Virus record (IMG/VR): IMGVR_UViG_3300042485_001890 | Coordinates: 1 to 54,688 of that record | DNA length: 54,688 nucleotides | Direction: 5' to 3' (one strand) | DNA from: a virus | Lineage: Duplodnaviria > Caudoviricetes | Part shown: one piece after another, positions 39,714 through 49,392 of the stretch | How positions within the stretch are numbered: the first letter of the stretch is position 1 | Layout: the number at the start of each line of letters is the position of its first letter | Notes under the pieces: model-generated | Database searches by the model: none | Told to the model about the DNA's origin: nothing | What the model saw: the letters and a program-made list of their open reading frames with translations, nothing else | Made by a program: the position numbers and the translations under genes

Positions 39714-40481
39714 TTTGCTAATAAGTTTTGCTAGTTGTCCTTCAACGTCAAATTCCCACCATCTATGTGTGTTTATAAGCTCTCGTTGATTGTGGTGGTG
39801 GTTATTATGCCATCCGAATCCTAATGTAAGGAATCCTATTAGAATATTATTTTGGCTGGTATCCGGAGTGTCAAAATTTCTGTAGTTTATAAACGGAATA
39901 TTCATGTGTGTGATACTGCTTACAATATTTTCTCTAGTGTGTTCTAACAGCACAGGAATAATATATAGGCTTAACAATAAATTAATGTCAATGCCCAGTA
40001 GAATTAAAAACACAGCCCAGTTAATTTTAATAAAGTGTTTACTTAACCACATCAATGCAGGGTCTTTAAACACTTTCCTTGAGCAGTAATTTTGTAAACT
40101 AATAACGCGGTTGGTACTTTCTTTTAATCGATAGATCAAAAAACTTTGTACGAATCCGTGTTGCGATGGACTACTTGGATCTTGCGGACTATCGCTAATT
40201 TTGTGGTGCTTTTGATGTATAGCTACCCAAAAGTGTATAGGTGCAAAGCCACCGATAGTACTCAATACTCCTAACAACAGTTCCACTGGGCGCCACGTTT
40301 CAAATTGTCTATGAGCAAATAACTTATGACTTCCTACACCATTGCCGATCGGGCCAACCAAAAACCATGCTATTGCAACTAGCCACCAATTGATAGTCAG
40401 TTCTCCTAGTGCAACTCCACCTATCATTATAAGTGCAATGATGTGCAGAGGTAACCAGTATCTCCAAAAATATCTATTCAT
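39708..40481 (-). CDS. membrane fatty acid desaturase 1
   Basis: His boxes HKLFAH, HQKHH, HNNHH; TM helices. Confidence 0.9.
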   Translation of the reverse strand: MNRYFWRYWLPLHIIALIMIGGVALGELTINWWLVAIAWFLVGPIGNGVGSHKLFAHRQFETWRPVELLLGVLSTIGGFAPIHFWVAIHQKHHKISDSPQDPSSPSQHGFVQSFLIYRLKESTNRVISLQNYCSRKVFKDPALMWLSKHFIKINWAVFLILLGIDINLLLSLYIIPVLLEHTRENIVSSITHMNIPFINYRNFDTPDTSQNNILIGFLTLGFGWHNNHHHNQRELINTHRWWEFDVEGQLAKLISKS

Positions 40482-41242
40482 GCAGTTTTTCCAAAGTAGT
40501 GTTTTACTAATAATGCTGTTACGTCTATTTCGTGCGGGCGGTGACCAAAGTTATAGTTACTAGGTTCTGCGTGATGATTGTTATGCCATCCTTCGCCCAT
40601 AGTGAGCCATCCTGCCCAATTGTTATTTTTTGCTGTGTCAGCTTCTAATGTGTAGTTTACATATCCATGGCGGTGACAGTACCAGTTAACAAATAAGTTT
40701 GCTTCTACTTTCCAGAGTATTGAGGCCGGAACAAAGACGTACCAAAAGAATTTAGCACTTATTAGATACACTAGTAAACTGACTACAAATAATATTTTGT
40801 AATAGTGTTTGTCGTAGGCTACTAAAAATTTATCTCTAATTAAATCTCGCTGTATTTTCATATCTAAAGATTTAAACTTTTTTTCTAAGCCAAACTCCCA
40901 AAATAGTGTGCCCCATAAGCCACGAACTGGCCCGTGTATATCTAATTCTCGATCACTGTGTTTATGGTGATGTCTGTGACTTATTGCAAATTTTAATGGG
41001 CTGTGATTAACTTGGAAGATGCTTAAAAAGATTATTAAGTTTTTCTTAAATTCGCTACCTGCGGTAAAACTTCTATGACTAATCAGTCTATGATGCAGAC
41101 TAAGACACAAATGATTAAATCTAATCATGAACCACATTGGGATTAACCATAGCCAATCTTCGTGTGTATACATCAAACTAAATCCTATTATGGCTAGTAT
41201 GCAGAATAAAAATATAACAAGTTCGTACTTAGGTAGTTTCAT
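40478..41242 (-). CDS. membrane fatty acid desaturase 2
   Basis: HRLISH, HRHHH, VNWYCH, GEGWHNNHH. Confidence 0.9.
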   Translation of the reverse strand: MKLPKYELVIFLFCILAIIGFSLMYTHEDWLWLIPMWFMIRFNHLCLSLHHRLISHRSFTAGSEFKKNLIIFLSIFQVNHSPLKFAISHRHHHKHSDRELDIHGPVRGLWGTLFWEFGLEKKFKSLDMKIQRDLIRDKFLVAYDKHYYKILFVVSLLVYLISAKFFWYVFVPASILWKVEANLFVNWYCHRHGYVNYTLEADTAKNNNWAGWLTMGEGWHNNHHAEPSNYNFGHRPHEIDVTALLVKHYFGKTA

Positions 41243-41958
41243 TAATTTGCAATTTTTATAAATTTAAAAAACTTAATTAGCAGTTTTCCCGGATCTCTAT
41301 CTTCTATTTTAGAAGGAATGTTATGATGATCAACATGATAAGAGCCCAGTGTTGCCCACGCATAAGTTGTGTTATTCTTTACACCGTTAGTATCGTGTTG
41401 AAACCATGCATTACTAGCCATCTCTAAAATAAAACTTAAACACATACACACTAGAATTCCGATTGTAAAATGTACAGACATTAAAGAAGCTAGTAAAATA
41501 GTTCCCCAAATTAATTTAAATTGATGCGTAGCCAAGAACATACAGCTAGGATTTTTGAGTAAATCTTTTACTATCATAATACCAACGGTTGGAGTTTTTT
41601 TTGACCACATCCATCCAATAAAACTATTAAATTTTCCTGTTTTAGGACTGTGCAAATCTAAATCTGTATCACTGTGTTTATGATGGTATCTATGTCCTTT
41701 TGAATAATTTAAAGGATCACTTAACATAACAAATAAACTTAGATACCCAATGATAAAATAAAACGGTTCTTTTAATTTAAATTGTCCGTGGCATATAGAC
41801 CTATGAACAAAATTATAACCTATTTGATAACACAGCACATATGTTAATACAAATCCATATAGTGTTGCAATACCTATGCCAAAAAAGAATGGTAGTATTA
41901 TAGTCAGCAAAAATACAGGGATGTTTACCTTTATCAAATATTTTAAAAAAACAGTCAT
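41242..41958 (-). CDS. membrane fatty acid desaturase 3 (divergent)
   Basis: HRSICH, HRYHH, third box HVDHH. Confidence 0.85.
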   Translation of the reverse strand: MTVFLKYLIKVNIPVFLLTIILPFFFGIGIATLYGFVLTYVLCYQIGYNFVHRSICHGQFKLKEPFYFIIGYLSLFVMLSDPLNYSKGHRYHHKHSDTDLDLHSPKTGKFNSFIGWMWSKKTPTVGIMIVKDLLKNPSCMFLATHQFKLIWGTILLASLMSVHFTIGILVCMCLSFILEMASNAWFQHDTNGVKNNTTYAWATLGSYHVDHHNIPSKIEDRDPGKLLIKFFKFIKIAN

Positions 41959-42722
41959 TATGTGTTTTCTTTGAAAAAGTGCCTAATCATAAATGCAGGC
42001 GGGTCGATCTCCCACCAAGTTTCTCCTTGCCACCAGCGACCAGGATTAGCATGATGATTATTATGCCATCCTTCGCCAAGTGACAGTACACTTGCTAACC
42101 AGTTGTTATGACTTAGATCATTTACTTCGTATTTTCTATAACCCCATAAATGCGGTAGTACACCAATAGCCTGAGCCCCATGAAAACACCCAACTGCAGG
42201 TAACGCATATACAAACCCAGCTAATCTTATATCGATTAATGCTAATATTATTAGAATAGAAAAACTAATTAAAAAATAATTTTTATGTACAAATCTTAAA
42301 GGTGTTGACGTTAGAAATGGCGTTATAAACCGCTTTGGTATAATAATATTAGGCCAAATACCGAACCAAGTTTTTAATTTACCACGTGCAGGGTTATGAG
42401 GATCTTTGTCTGTATCTGAACTGGTATGATGTAAACGATGCACACTACACCACATTGCCGGACTTCCTAGACTAGTAGGAATTGAAGACAATAACAATAT
42501 CCATTCTTTAAATTTAGTAGTTGAAAACGCTCGATGGCTATAATATCTGTGTAGAGAAACATTCACACCGACAATCCCAGTCCATAAAAAACACAAAAAT
42601 CCTATCAAGAACCAATAATACTCTTCTGAAATGACGGCCGCATATATGGCTGCTAACGCTATTATATGGTTAACAATGTGCAATATTCTAAACTGTACTG
42701 TTCTGGTAAGATTTATTTTCAT
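41958..42722 (-). CDS. membrane fatty acid desaturase 4
   Basis: HRYYSH, HRLHH, GEGWHNNHH. Confidence 0.9.
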   Translation of the reverse strand: MKINLTRTVQFRILHIVNHIIALAAIYAAVISEEYYWFLIGFLCFLWTGIVGVNVSLHRYYSHRAFSTTKFKEWILLLSSIPTSLGSPAMWCSVHRLHHTSSDTDKDPHNPARGKLKTWFGIWPNIIIPKRFITPFLTSTPLRFVHKNYFLISFSILIILALIDIRLAGFVYALPAVGCFHGAQAIGVLPHLWGYRKYEVNDLSHNNWLASVLSLGEGWHNNHHANPGRWWQGETWWEIDPPAFMIRHFFKENT

Positions 42723-43401
42723 TATTTTTAATATAGTTTTTTAACACACACGCCGATTTAAGATTCCAAGATACGATCATTACAGGTTTATATATATGCA
42801 GAGGAACAGCTGTTCGAAAAATTGAATAATTATACTTATCTAGATCATCTTGATTAAAGAATACAGCTTCTAAACTTAGAAAATATTTTCCGTTGGTATT
42901 AGGAAATGTTTTTACCAGTTCTTGATTTAAAAATTCTTCTACATTTTCGGTTCTTAAAATTTTTCTAGATAGTCTTACTGTAAATAACATTTTGGTAATA
43001 CCCTGAGATTCAAAATGTTCAGATGCCAGCGTTGACAACGTATCCATGTCTTCTCCGGGACTACTCCAAGTTTTATTTTTATGATATACTAGAGCAAGAT
43101 ATGTGTATGGTAGAATATCATTAGGTCTGAGACAGTACTGATCTGATAGAAAAACTTTAGGTTTGAACACTATTATGATTTTTTCAAGCTCTCCATTTTC
43201 AAATTTGCTGCATACAACAAAATCTTTTTGTGAAAACTTTTGAAATGATAATTTATACCAGGCTACCATTCTCTCAATAGATTCGTAGCTGTAGAGTTTG
43301 ATCTGTCTATTTTTTTCAAATTCTAAATAGTGGTCAAGGATTGACTCGAGATGCTGATGATCTGTTGAATCGAGAGGATCGAGAAATCTAAAAAAAGGCA
43401 T
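42688..43401 (-). CDS. hypothetical protein, possibly GNAT-fold
   Basis: probable start MPFFRF; weak GNAT-like pattern (FENGEL...EHFESQGITKMLF); TAAATA at 43421-43426. Confidence 0.45.
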   Translation of the reverse strand: MPFFRFLDPLDSTDHQHLESILDHYLEFEKNRQIKLYSYESIERMVAWYKLSFQKFSQKDFVVCSKFENGELEKIIIVFKPKVFLSDQYCLRPNDILPYTYLALVYHKNKTWSSPGEDMDTLSTLASEHFESQGITKMLFTVRLSRKILRTENVEEFLNQELVKTFPNTNGKYFLSLEAVFFNQDDLDKYNYSIFRTAVPLHIYKPVMIVSWNLKSACVLKNYIKNNENKSYQNSTV

Positions 43402-43451
43402 AGAATATATAGTGTTTAGGTATTTATGTCCTATGTTTTTAATGGTGGTTG

Positions 43452-44366
43452 CTACTGAAATTGAGACAATCGAGCTACAGCGTCTGGATAATATTCTAGA
43501 TATTCGCCATTCCATTTTTCTCTATGGTCTTTTACTGCTTCCATATTAGGATGATTTATTATAGGCGATTGATAAATTTTTTCGTATCCTGTATATTTTA
43601 ATCTTGTTTTCTTATCAAAGTCATAGACATCCATATTAAAATCGGAACCATTGTTAAACACATACGATTTTGTAGAATTACTTCCTTTTTTTCCAGGAAT
43701 CATATTATTACCTAATTGGGCCATTTTGGGATCCAATAGAAAAGACAGCATCATTTCTGGAGTATACGATAATAAAAAAGGACAACCGTTGAGATTAAAT
43801 TTTTTATAGTAACGTAAAATAGAATGTATGTATTGTAATTCTTGAAGATACCATTTATTTGTTTTTTCTTCATATTTTAAATATGGTGGATCATTTCCTA
43901 AAATAGTAAATCCATCTAACTGGCTCGCAACATATAAAGTTGCAGGGACTGCAAATGCACAACAATCTATCGATTTAGCAATTTCCCAATGTTGACCACT
44001 GATGACAAACTTATCAAAGTCTAACTCATAAATTTTTGGTTTTAAATTGTATGCATCACAAAAATTAAATGCATGAATAGTATCATGGTCATTATAGATA
44101 GTATTTTCTTTGACGTTGTTGAGTTGAATAATAACAGGAGTAAATTTAATTCCAAGGTGCAGTAACACTCTTGCAACATATTCACTGTCTAGACCTCCGC
44201 TGTACAGTAGTTGTATTTCTCCAGTGCGATTAGCATTGACATATTCTGTTGCCAGTAACGTTTCTTGAAAGTAAGTTCCAACTTTCCTTTTGGGAGGATC
44301 AATGTTAACATGCCAAGTATCTCCGCTGCCCAACCCCTGCATGTAATTATTTTTAAGTAGTTCCAT
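43452..44366 (-). CDS. PP-loop (adenine nucleotide alpha-hydrolase) ATP pyrophosphatase, asparagine-synthase/QueC-like
   Basis: LLYSGGLDSE; C-terminal K...F...R.KYTGYE. Confidence 0.7.
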   Translation of the reverse strand: MELLKNNYMQGLGSGDTWHVNIDPPKRKVGTYFQETLLATEYVNANRTGEIQLLYSGGLDSEYVARVLLHLGIKFTPVIIQLNNVKENTIYNDHDTIHAFNFCDAYNLKPKIYELDFDKFVISGQHWEIAKSIDCCAFAVPATLYVASQLDGFTILGNDPPYLKYEEKTNKWYLQELQYIHSILRYYKKFNLNGCPFLLSYTPEMMLSFLLDPKMAQLGNNMIPGKKGSNSTKSYVFNNGSDFNMDVYDFDKKTRLKYTGYEKIYQSPIINHPNMEAVKDHREKWNGEYLEYYPDAVARLSQFQ

Positions 44367-45168
44367 TGATTTTTAAATAGTTTCTATAATGTAATTTTTG
44401 AATTTCTAAATTTTCAAAATTTACTTCATTGATAAGCTCTGCTTGTTCTCGATCCTGCTTCCAGGCTGTCTCCCAGACAGTGTTATTTAAATCCCATTGA
44501 TCACTATCGTCGGTATATTTAAAAACATGAACATTAGACTGATCTGTATTTTGTTTTTCAATGACAGTTACAAACAATGATCCTCTTTGCCATTCTATCA
44601 TTGTGTATGGATATACTGCTATCCAAGCGGCAGCTAGTCCTTGTTTATCGTAAACAAATTGTGTGCTACCATTTGTATAATATTCCCATTTTATATCTGA
44701 GAAATCAGTAATTCCAATTTGATCATAAACTCCCTGATGCACTGTGGGAATATGATCAACATCTAAAAACAAATCCATTATGTTAATATGGTTAGATTTA
44801 ACAAGGTCGACTCTAGTTTCCACAAGTTTTAAATTAGAAAAATCTTCTGGTATTTTAAAATTTACAGGTTGTGAAAATAAAAGACTATTCCATAAATAAA
44901 CCGATTGTGTTTGTAAGGCGGTTTGATTTTTACAATAGTGTTCTGTCCTTCCACTAGTAACAGGTCGACCGTCCAACGTAAATGTCCAGTTGTGATATGG
45001 GCAAATTCTATTTCCCGATCCTGACACTGTAGAAATAATACTTTTTTGATGTGGACATATGTTAGATATTAATTCTAGTCTGTCATGATTTGCCAGTATA
45101 AATTTATTATATTGAGGTAGGACTGAAAAGGTATTACCTGCAACTGATTTTTTGTGTGCAAGAAACAT
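44353..45168 (-). CDS. Rieske [2Fe-2S] non-heme iron oxygenase alpha subunit
   Basis: CPH...CPYHNWTF.LDG; DVDHIPTVH mononuclear-Fe motif; C-terminal QD. Confidence 0.88.
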   Translation of the reverse strand: MFLAHKKSVAGNTFSVLPQYNKFILANHDRLELISNICPHQKSIISTVSGSGNRICPYHNWTFTLDGRPVTSGRTEHYCKNQTALQTQSVYLWNSLLFSQPVNFKIPEDFSNLKLVETRVDLVKSNHINIMDLFLDVDHIPTVHQGVYDQIGITDFSDIKWEYYTNGSTQFVYDKQGLAAAWIAVYPYTMIEWQRGSLFVTVIEKQNTDQSNVHVFKYTDDSDQWDLNNTVWETAWKQDREQAELINEVNFENLEIQKLHYRNYLKINGTT

Positions 45169-45170
45169 TT

Positions 45171-45944
45171 TTATTTTCGTATAAGTTTAATAATTAATCC
45201 TGAGATATCAACTTCCCACCACTTTGTACCAAAATATGCATTTTTAGGAAATCTATGATGATTGTTGTGCCATGCCTCGCCCCAACTAGGAATAGCCCAT
45301 AACCAGTTGTTTGAACTTTGATCTGTTAGATTATACGTGCGATAGCCACCGTACCAGTTTGGCATGTGCCCTACATAGTTAACAATATTACTCATTAATC
45401 CCGTAATTACAGCAGGCAGCCAATGTGCAAATATCATCAGCCAAAATCCGCCAATGATAAAAAGTGTTCCGCTGTAAGCAATAAGGATAGCAAAATAATA
45501 ACGGTGCAAGAACTGTTGAAATTTATCAGTGACTAGATCACGCATACGCCATTTAGTATCAGCACTAACTTCGTTAACATAATCTAGTGTAAAAATTTTA
45601 ACGCCTTTGTGTAAAGGGCTGTGTGGGTCTTCTGGTTTGTCGCTCTTTAAGTGATGGTTGATGTGAATAGCTACCCAAGCTAACGGACTACCCGTGCCTG
45701 CAAAACAGCCTACCACTGAAAGTATTTTAGTTAGCCACGGATATGTTTTGTAACTGTTATGCGTTAACTGTCTATGATATGTTATTACGATTCCTAAACA
45801 CCCGTAAACAAAGTAGCCTAGCAAAACTAACAACAATTCAGTTGCACTCAAGCCGTAGATATATACGCCTAGTATAGATCCTAGCAAAGATATGATTAAA
45901 AATAGTTGGGCACCTAACGTACTGCTTGAAAAATAGTTCTTCAT
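45171..45944 (-). CDS. membrane fatty acid desaturase 5
   Basis: HRQLTH, HINHH, VNYVGH, GEAWHNNHH. Confidence 0.92.
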   Translation of the reverse strand: MKNYFSSSTLGAQLFLIISLLGSILGVYIYGLSATELLLVLLGYFVYGCLGIVITYHRQLTHNSYKTYPWLTKILSVVGCFAGTGSPLAWVAIHINHHLKSDKPEDPHSPLHKGVKIFTLDYVNEVSADTKWRMRDLVTDKFQQFLHRYYFAILIAYSGTLFIIGGFWLMIFAHWLPAVITGLMSNIVNYVGHMPNWYGGYRTYNLTDQSSNNWLWAIPSWGEAWHNNHHRFPKNAYFGTKWWEVDISGLIIKLIRK

Positions 45945-45948
45945 GCAA

Positions 45949-46530
45949 CTATTTATCGGGTAGATTATGTCCTTTAAGTTTTCTAGCTTTTATCGCAATG
46001 TTATCTGGTTTTAATTCCTGACCCATTAATCTCCAGTACAATTCAAATTCTGGTTTGGTATTTGCAGGAACTACAGCTAGAGTAGTTAAGTCATACTTTT
46101 CCTGAATTGCGTATGAGTTTTTCTTCCATTGCCTTTCGTATACACGTTCTAGACGTTCTGCTATACTATAAAAGTATTGATAGTATCCTCGACCTTCTGC
46201 TACTTCAAATGCCGCTTTAAATAGCATTCCAAATTCAGGTCGATTAAAATTAAAATAGGACGTATAAACGGAACTAAAAAAATTTGAGATTACCCAAAAT
46301 TTTCCTCGCATCTTGCTTTCGTAAAATCCTATAGTTATCCAACTAATTAATTTACCATCTTCAAAATAACCAATTGTTACGGAATTGTTAGATTTGGATT
46401 GTTCTCGAAGAATTTGATACTGTTCAATTGACATAGGAGAAGTACCACTTATTTTTTTACGAGAAAAAAAGACTTGATCATAAATTTCTTCGTACTCGTA
46501 ATTGCCAGTAATATCGCGAACTTCTATCAT
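45949..46530 (-). CDS. GNAT-like hypothetical protein
   Basis: GYFEDGKLISWI...LFKAAFEVAEGRGY pattern. Confidence 0.5.
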   Translation of the reverse strand: MIEVRDITGNYEYEEIYDQVFFSRKKISGTSPMSIEQYQILREQSKSNNSVTIGYFEDGKLISWITIGFYESKMRGKFWVISNFFSSVYTSYFNFNRPEFGMLFKAAFEVAEGRGYYQYFYSIAERLERVYERQWKKNSYAIQEKYDLTTLAVVPANTKPEFELYWRLMGQELKPDNIAIKARKLKGHNLPDK

Positions 46531-46534
46531 AATG

Positions 46535-47287
46535 TTACTGTTTTATAAAATTTATTAATACACCGATTGGATCATATTCGTACCTACGTACCTTAGTAGA
46601 CACAAGTTGGGCATTGGCATGATGATTATTATGCCAAGCATCGCCTAGAATAAAAGGCCATAGATACGGATTGTTAGTACTTTGATCAGTTGTTTCAAAG
46701 TTTCTATAACCTTTCATATGTGCAAAATAGTTAAACATAGTTTGAGTTACACTGACTAAAAATACAGGGATAGCCCACATATAAAATATCAAATTAAAAT
46801 TAATTATAGACAACAATACTAGGAAACTTAATATTAGCAATAGATAATACTTGTCGATTTTTATATGTACGGCAGTTAATAATTCTTTTACAATAAAGTG
46901 ATTGATTTTTGTATTTTCTTGTATAGGTTTAAATCCTATAAAATTAAAATTTTCATTGTGCGGACTGTGAGGATCTTTTTTGGTGTCAGAAGTTGCATGA
47001 TGAATCCTGTGTATATAGACCCAACCTAGGGGACTTCCGCGGCCCGCTAGCACAGCAAACACAGTAAAGAACCATTTGATTACTGAGTTTAGTTTAAAAC
47101 TTTTGTGGCTATAATATCTGTGCAGCATCATGCTGATTCCTAGCACACTATACCCGTAGAACATCAATACGGACAGCAATATGTATTTCCAAGAAACATC
47201 TGCAACAAATGGACACACTATAATAAGTGCAATTGACAAGAGTTGGATTATACGCAATGTATTCGGGGAAGATGAGAATAGTTTCAC
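46535..47287 (-). CDS. membrane fatty acid desaturase 6
   Basis: HRYYSH, HRIHH, FNYFAH, GDAWHNNHH; GTG start 4 nt after TAAATA. Confidence 0.92.
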   Translation of the reverse strand: MKLFSSSPNTLRIIQLLSIALIIVCPFVADVSWKYILLSVLMFYGYSVLGISMMLHRYYSHKSFKLNSVIKWFFTVFAVLAGRGSPLGWVYIHRIHHATSDTKKDPHSPHNENFNFIGFKPIQENTKINHFIVKELLTAVHIKIDKYYLLLILSFLVLLSIINFNLIFYMWAIPVFLVSVTQTMFNYFAHMKGYRNFETTDQSTNNPYLWPFILGDAWHNNHHANAQLVSTKVRRYEYDPIGVLINFIKQ

Positions 47288-47291
47288 TCAG

Positions 47292-47326
47292 TATTTATTA
47301 TGTAACTCATGACGCCTGATTAAATA
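47292..47326. promoter_or_regulatory. divergent late promoters
   Basis: tattta at 47292-47297 and TAAATA at 47321-47326. Confidence 0.65.
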
Positions 47327-47330
47327 ACAT

Positions 47331-47951
47331 ATGAACAATATCATATTGCTACCGATTGATCTGCCTAAGCTGGAATTAAACAGAGACAAGACATTAGAAT
47401 ACTTTGATGCTAGAAAAGAAAGACATCAAGATTGGAATTGGGTCAACTTTAAAAAAACAAATCAGCCAATTGATCCGGAACTATTGAAACTTTTTCCAGA
47501 TCTGGATGAAAAACTACGTGCGATTCCGTTGCTAGATTATGATAACGGTGGACATTTTGATTTTAGAGAACAATTTGTCAATAACAAACCCCACCAGGAT
47601 CCTATTGCCAAGACACTAGCACCCTCCAATCTAGGTCCCACTGCTTACAAAAATCTAGTGATGCGTGATGTATTGGAGACATTTTATGTTTTACCAAACT
47701 CTACAAATCCTGATATTGTTCAATATGATACAAGGCCTAAAGAAGAATTAAATCCAGTATTTCCTATACTTCCTGATACCACTGATTGGTTTGTGTTAAA
47801 TAATCATTTAGGATATCACGGATCATTTATGGCGCCGGCCGAGTATAGAAAAATTACAATGTTTATTGCAGGCAAACTAGATTCTATAAAACATTTAGAA
47901 CTCCTGAATAGAAGTATTGAAAAATATAAAGATTATATAATTTATAATTAA
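47331..47951 (+). CDS. cupin/2OG-Fe(II)-like protein
   Basis: PHQD...FVLNN...YHGS...KI. Confidence 0.5.
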   Translation: MNNIILLPIDLPKLELNRDKTLEYFDARKERHQDWNWVNFKKTNQPIDPELLKLFPDLDEKLRAIPLLDYDNGGHFDFREQFVNNKPHQDPIAKTLAPSNLGPTAYKNLVMRDVLETFYVLPNSTNPDIVQYDTRPKEELNPVFPILPDTTDWFVLNNHLGYHGSFMAPAEYRKITMFIAGKLDSIKHLELLNRSIEKYKDYIIYN

Positions 47952-47961
47952 TTACTGTAAA

Positions 47962-48567
47962 ATGATTCCTGTATCAGTTCCGTTAATTTTTCCTAAGGTT
48001 ATACCCAATGACTGGGAAATATGGAATAACGTATGGGAACAAAATAAAAAATTTGTGCCGAAGTCGTTACAGACAAAAAATATAGAACAAGTTTACTGGG
48101 TGGGATTTGATATCTATGTCAAACCAGGTATAAACCCAAATGATATCATGCCGTATACATGCAAGAATGTAAACTGTCCTGAACTATTTCCATCATTATT
48201 TGACAACATAGATAAACTGCCCATTGAAGTGCATCTAGTCCGGGTGTTGCAAAGTTTAGGTAGAGTCCATGCTCATCATGACTATGCAAAGGAGACAGAA
48301 TACAATTCAATAAGAAGTTTATTAATTGATAACAATCCAAAACAAACTTGGTGGTATGAAGATAGCAATACCAATAAGCACTATCTAAAATTACCGGAAG
48401 ACACTAACACATGGTGGTATGATGATGCAAAAGTAAAACACGCTACTGATTTTTACATCGGGCATAAAAAACAACTAATTATGTATCAAGGATTAATTAA
48501 AGATTGTTTACAATCTGTATTAGAGGATAGTAAACAAAAATATTCAGATTACGTCATTTACGTTTAA
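47962..48567 (+). CDS. cupin/2OG-Fe(II)-like protein
   Basis: VHAHHD...WYDD...KHAT...KQL. Confidence 0.5.
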   Translation: MIPVSVPLIFPKVIPNDWEIWNNVWEQNKKFVPKSLQTKNIEQVYWVGFDIYVKPGINPNDIMPYTCKNVNCPELFPSLFDNIDKLPIEVHLVRVLQSLGRVHAHHDYAKETEYNSIRSLLIDNNPKQTWWYEDSNTNKHYLKLPEDTNTWWYDDAKVKHATDFYIGHKKQLIMYQGLIKDCLQSVLEDSKQKYSDYVIYV

Positions 48568-48613
48568 CAAGAAAAAAGGTAATCTTATATAATAATTATT
48601 TATTGGTAGATAA

Positions 48614-49321
48614 TTAAATTTCTGGACTCCAATAAATTGCTGAATCTTTATAATGTTCGGCAGAAGATACAATTAAGTTTTGAAGATGTTGAGGCATTTC
48701 AGACGTGGTTTTGCCAGTGCTTACTATTACAGCAAGTCTTTTTGAACTGGGTATATTTTTATTCACAGCATGGATTGCTCTCACGTTATTGATATAAAAT
48801 ACTTGTTGCGGATTTGGAATATTAGCCGCATATTGTACATCTTGAATAAATTCCCAAGGTCCAAGAGGATCAATTGCTGATAGTAATTCTGAATGTGAAT
48901 TGTGTGGAAGTTTTGTTGGTTTAATCAACAGAGAGTTTTCTAACTCTGTGTTTTCTAAATACATACGTAGTCCCCATTTATCAGGATCACGGTGCCAAAA
49001 TCCTAATCCACGATAATTGTCTTTTACAGGTAGTAAAACAATAGAGTCAATTTCTGAACTTGCTAAGTTGTATGCATCTCCAAAAAAAGAAGCTAATTGT
49101 GGAAATTCTTTATCAAAATTAAAACGCCATGCTCTATCGTATTTTGCATATATGATAGTCCACGGATATATATCACCTGTTATATGTTTACTTGCATCTG
49201 GTCGAGATTGAATTGTTTGAGTAACATAAAATTTATGTACCCACGATAACAACTTTGTATAATCATAAGTTGGAAAATCTAGCGACACTAACGGTGTATA
49301 TAAAATATCAATTGGCCTCAT
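48614..49321 (-). CDS. cupin/2OG-Fe(II)-like protein
   Basis: FWHRD...FYINNVRAIHAV...RLAV; TAAATA 5 nt upstream. Confidence 0.5.
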   Translation of the reverse strand: MRPIDILYTPLVSLDFPTYDYTKLLSWVHKFYVTQTIQSRPDASKHITGDIYPWTIIYAKYDRAWRFNFDKEFPQLASFFGDAYNLASSEIDSIVLLPVKDNYRGLGFWHRDPDKWGLRMYLENTELENSLLIKPTKLPHNSHSELLSAIDPLGPWEFIQDVQYAANIPNPQQVFYINNVRAIHAVNKNIPSSKRLAVIVSTGKTTSEMPQHLQNLIVSSAEHYKDSAIYWSPEI

Positions 49322-49392
49322 GACTATATTTAACAGTTATATATTATATAAAAATCTATATAGTGTGTTGAAAAACATGCTCAGGAAACCAA

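Noticed and set aside
43452-44366. Lasso-peptide cyclase / RiPP cluster
   Set aside because: Only the SGGLDS PP-loop is evident; no B-protein, RRE or precursor peptide found nearby
35911-49321. Bacterial chromosomal contamination or chimera as the source of the enzyme island
   Set aside because: The island uses the same TAAATA promoter motif and tight gene packing as the flanking phage genes; read-level confirmation is still advisable
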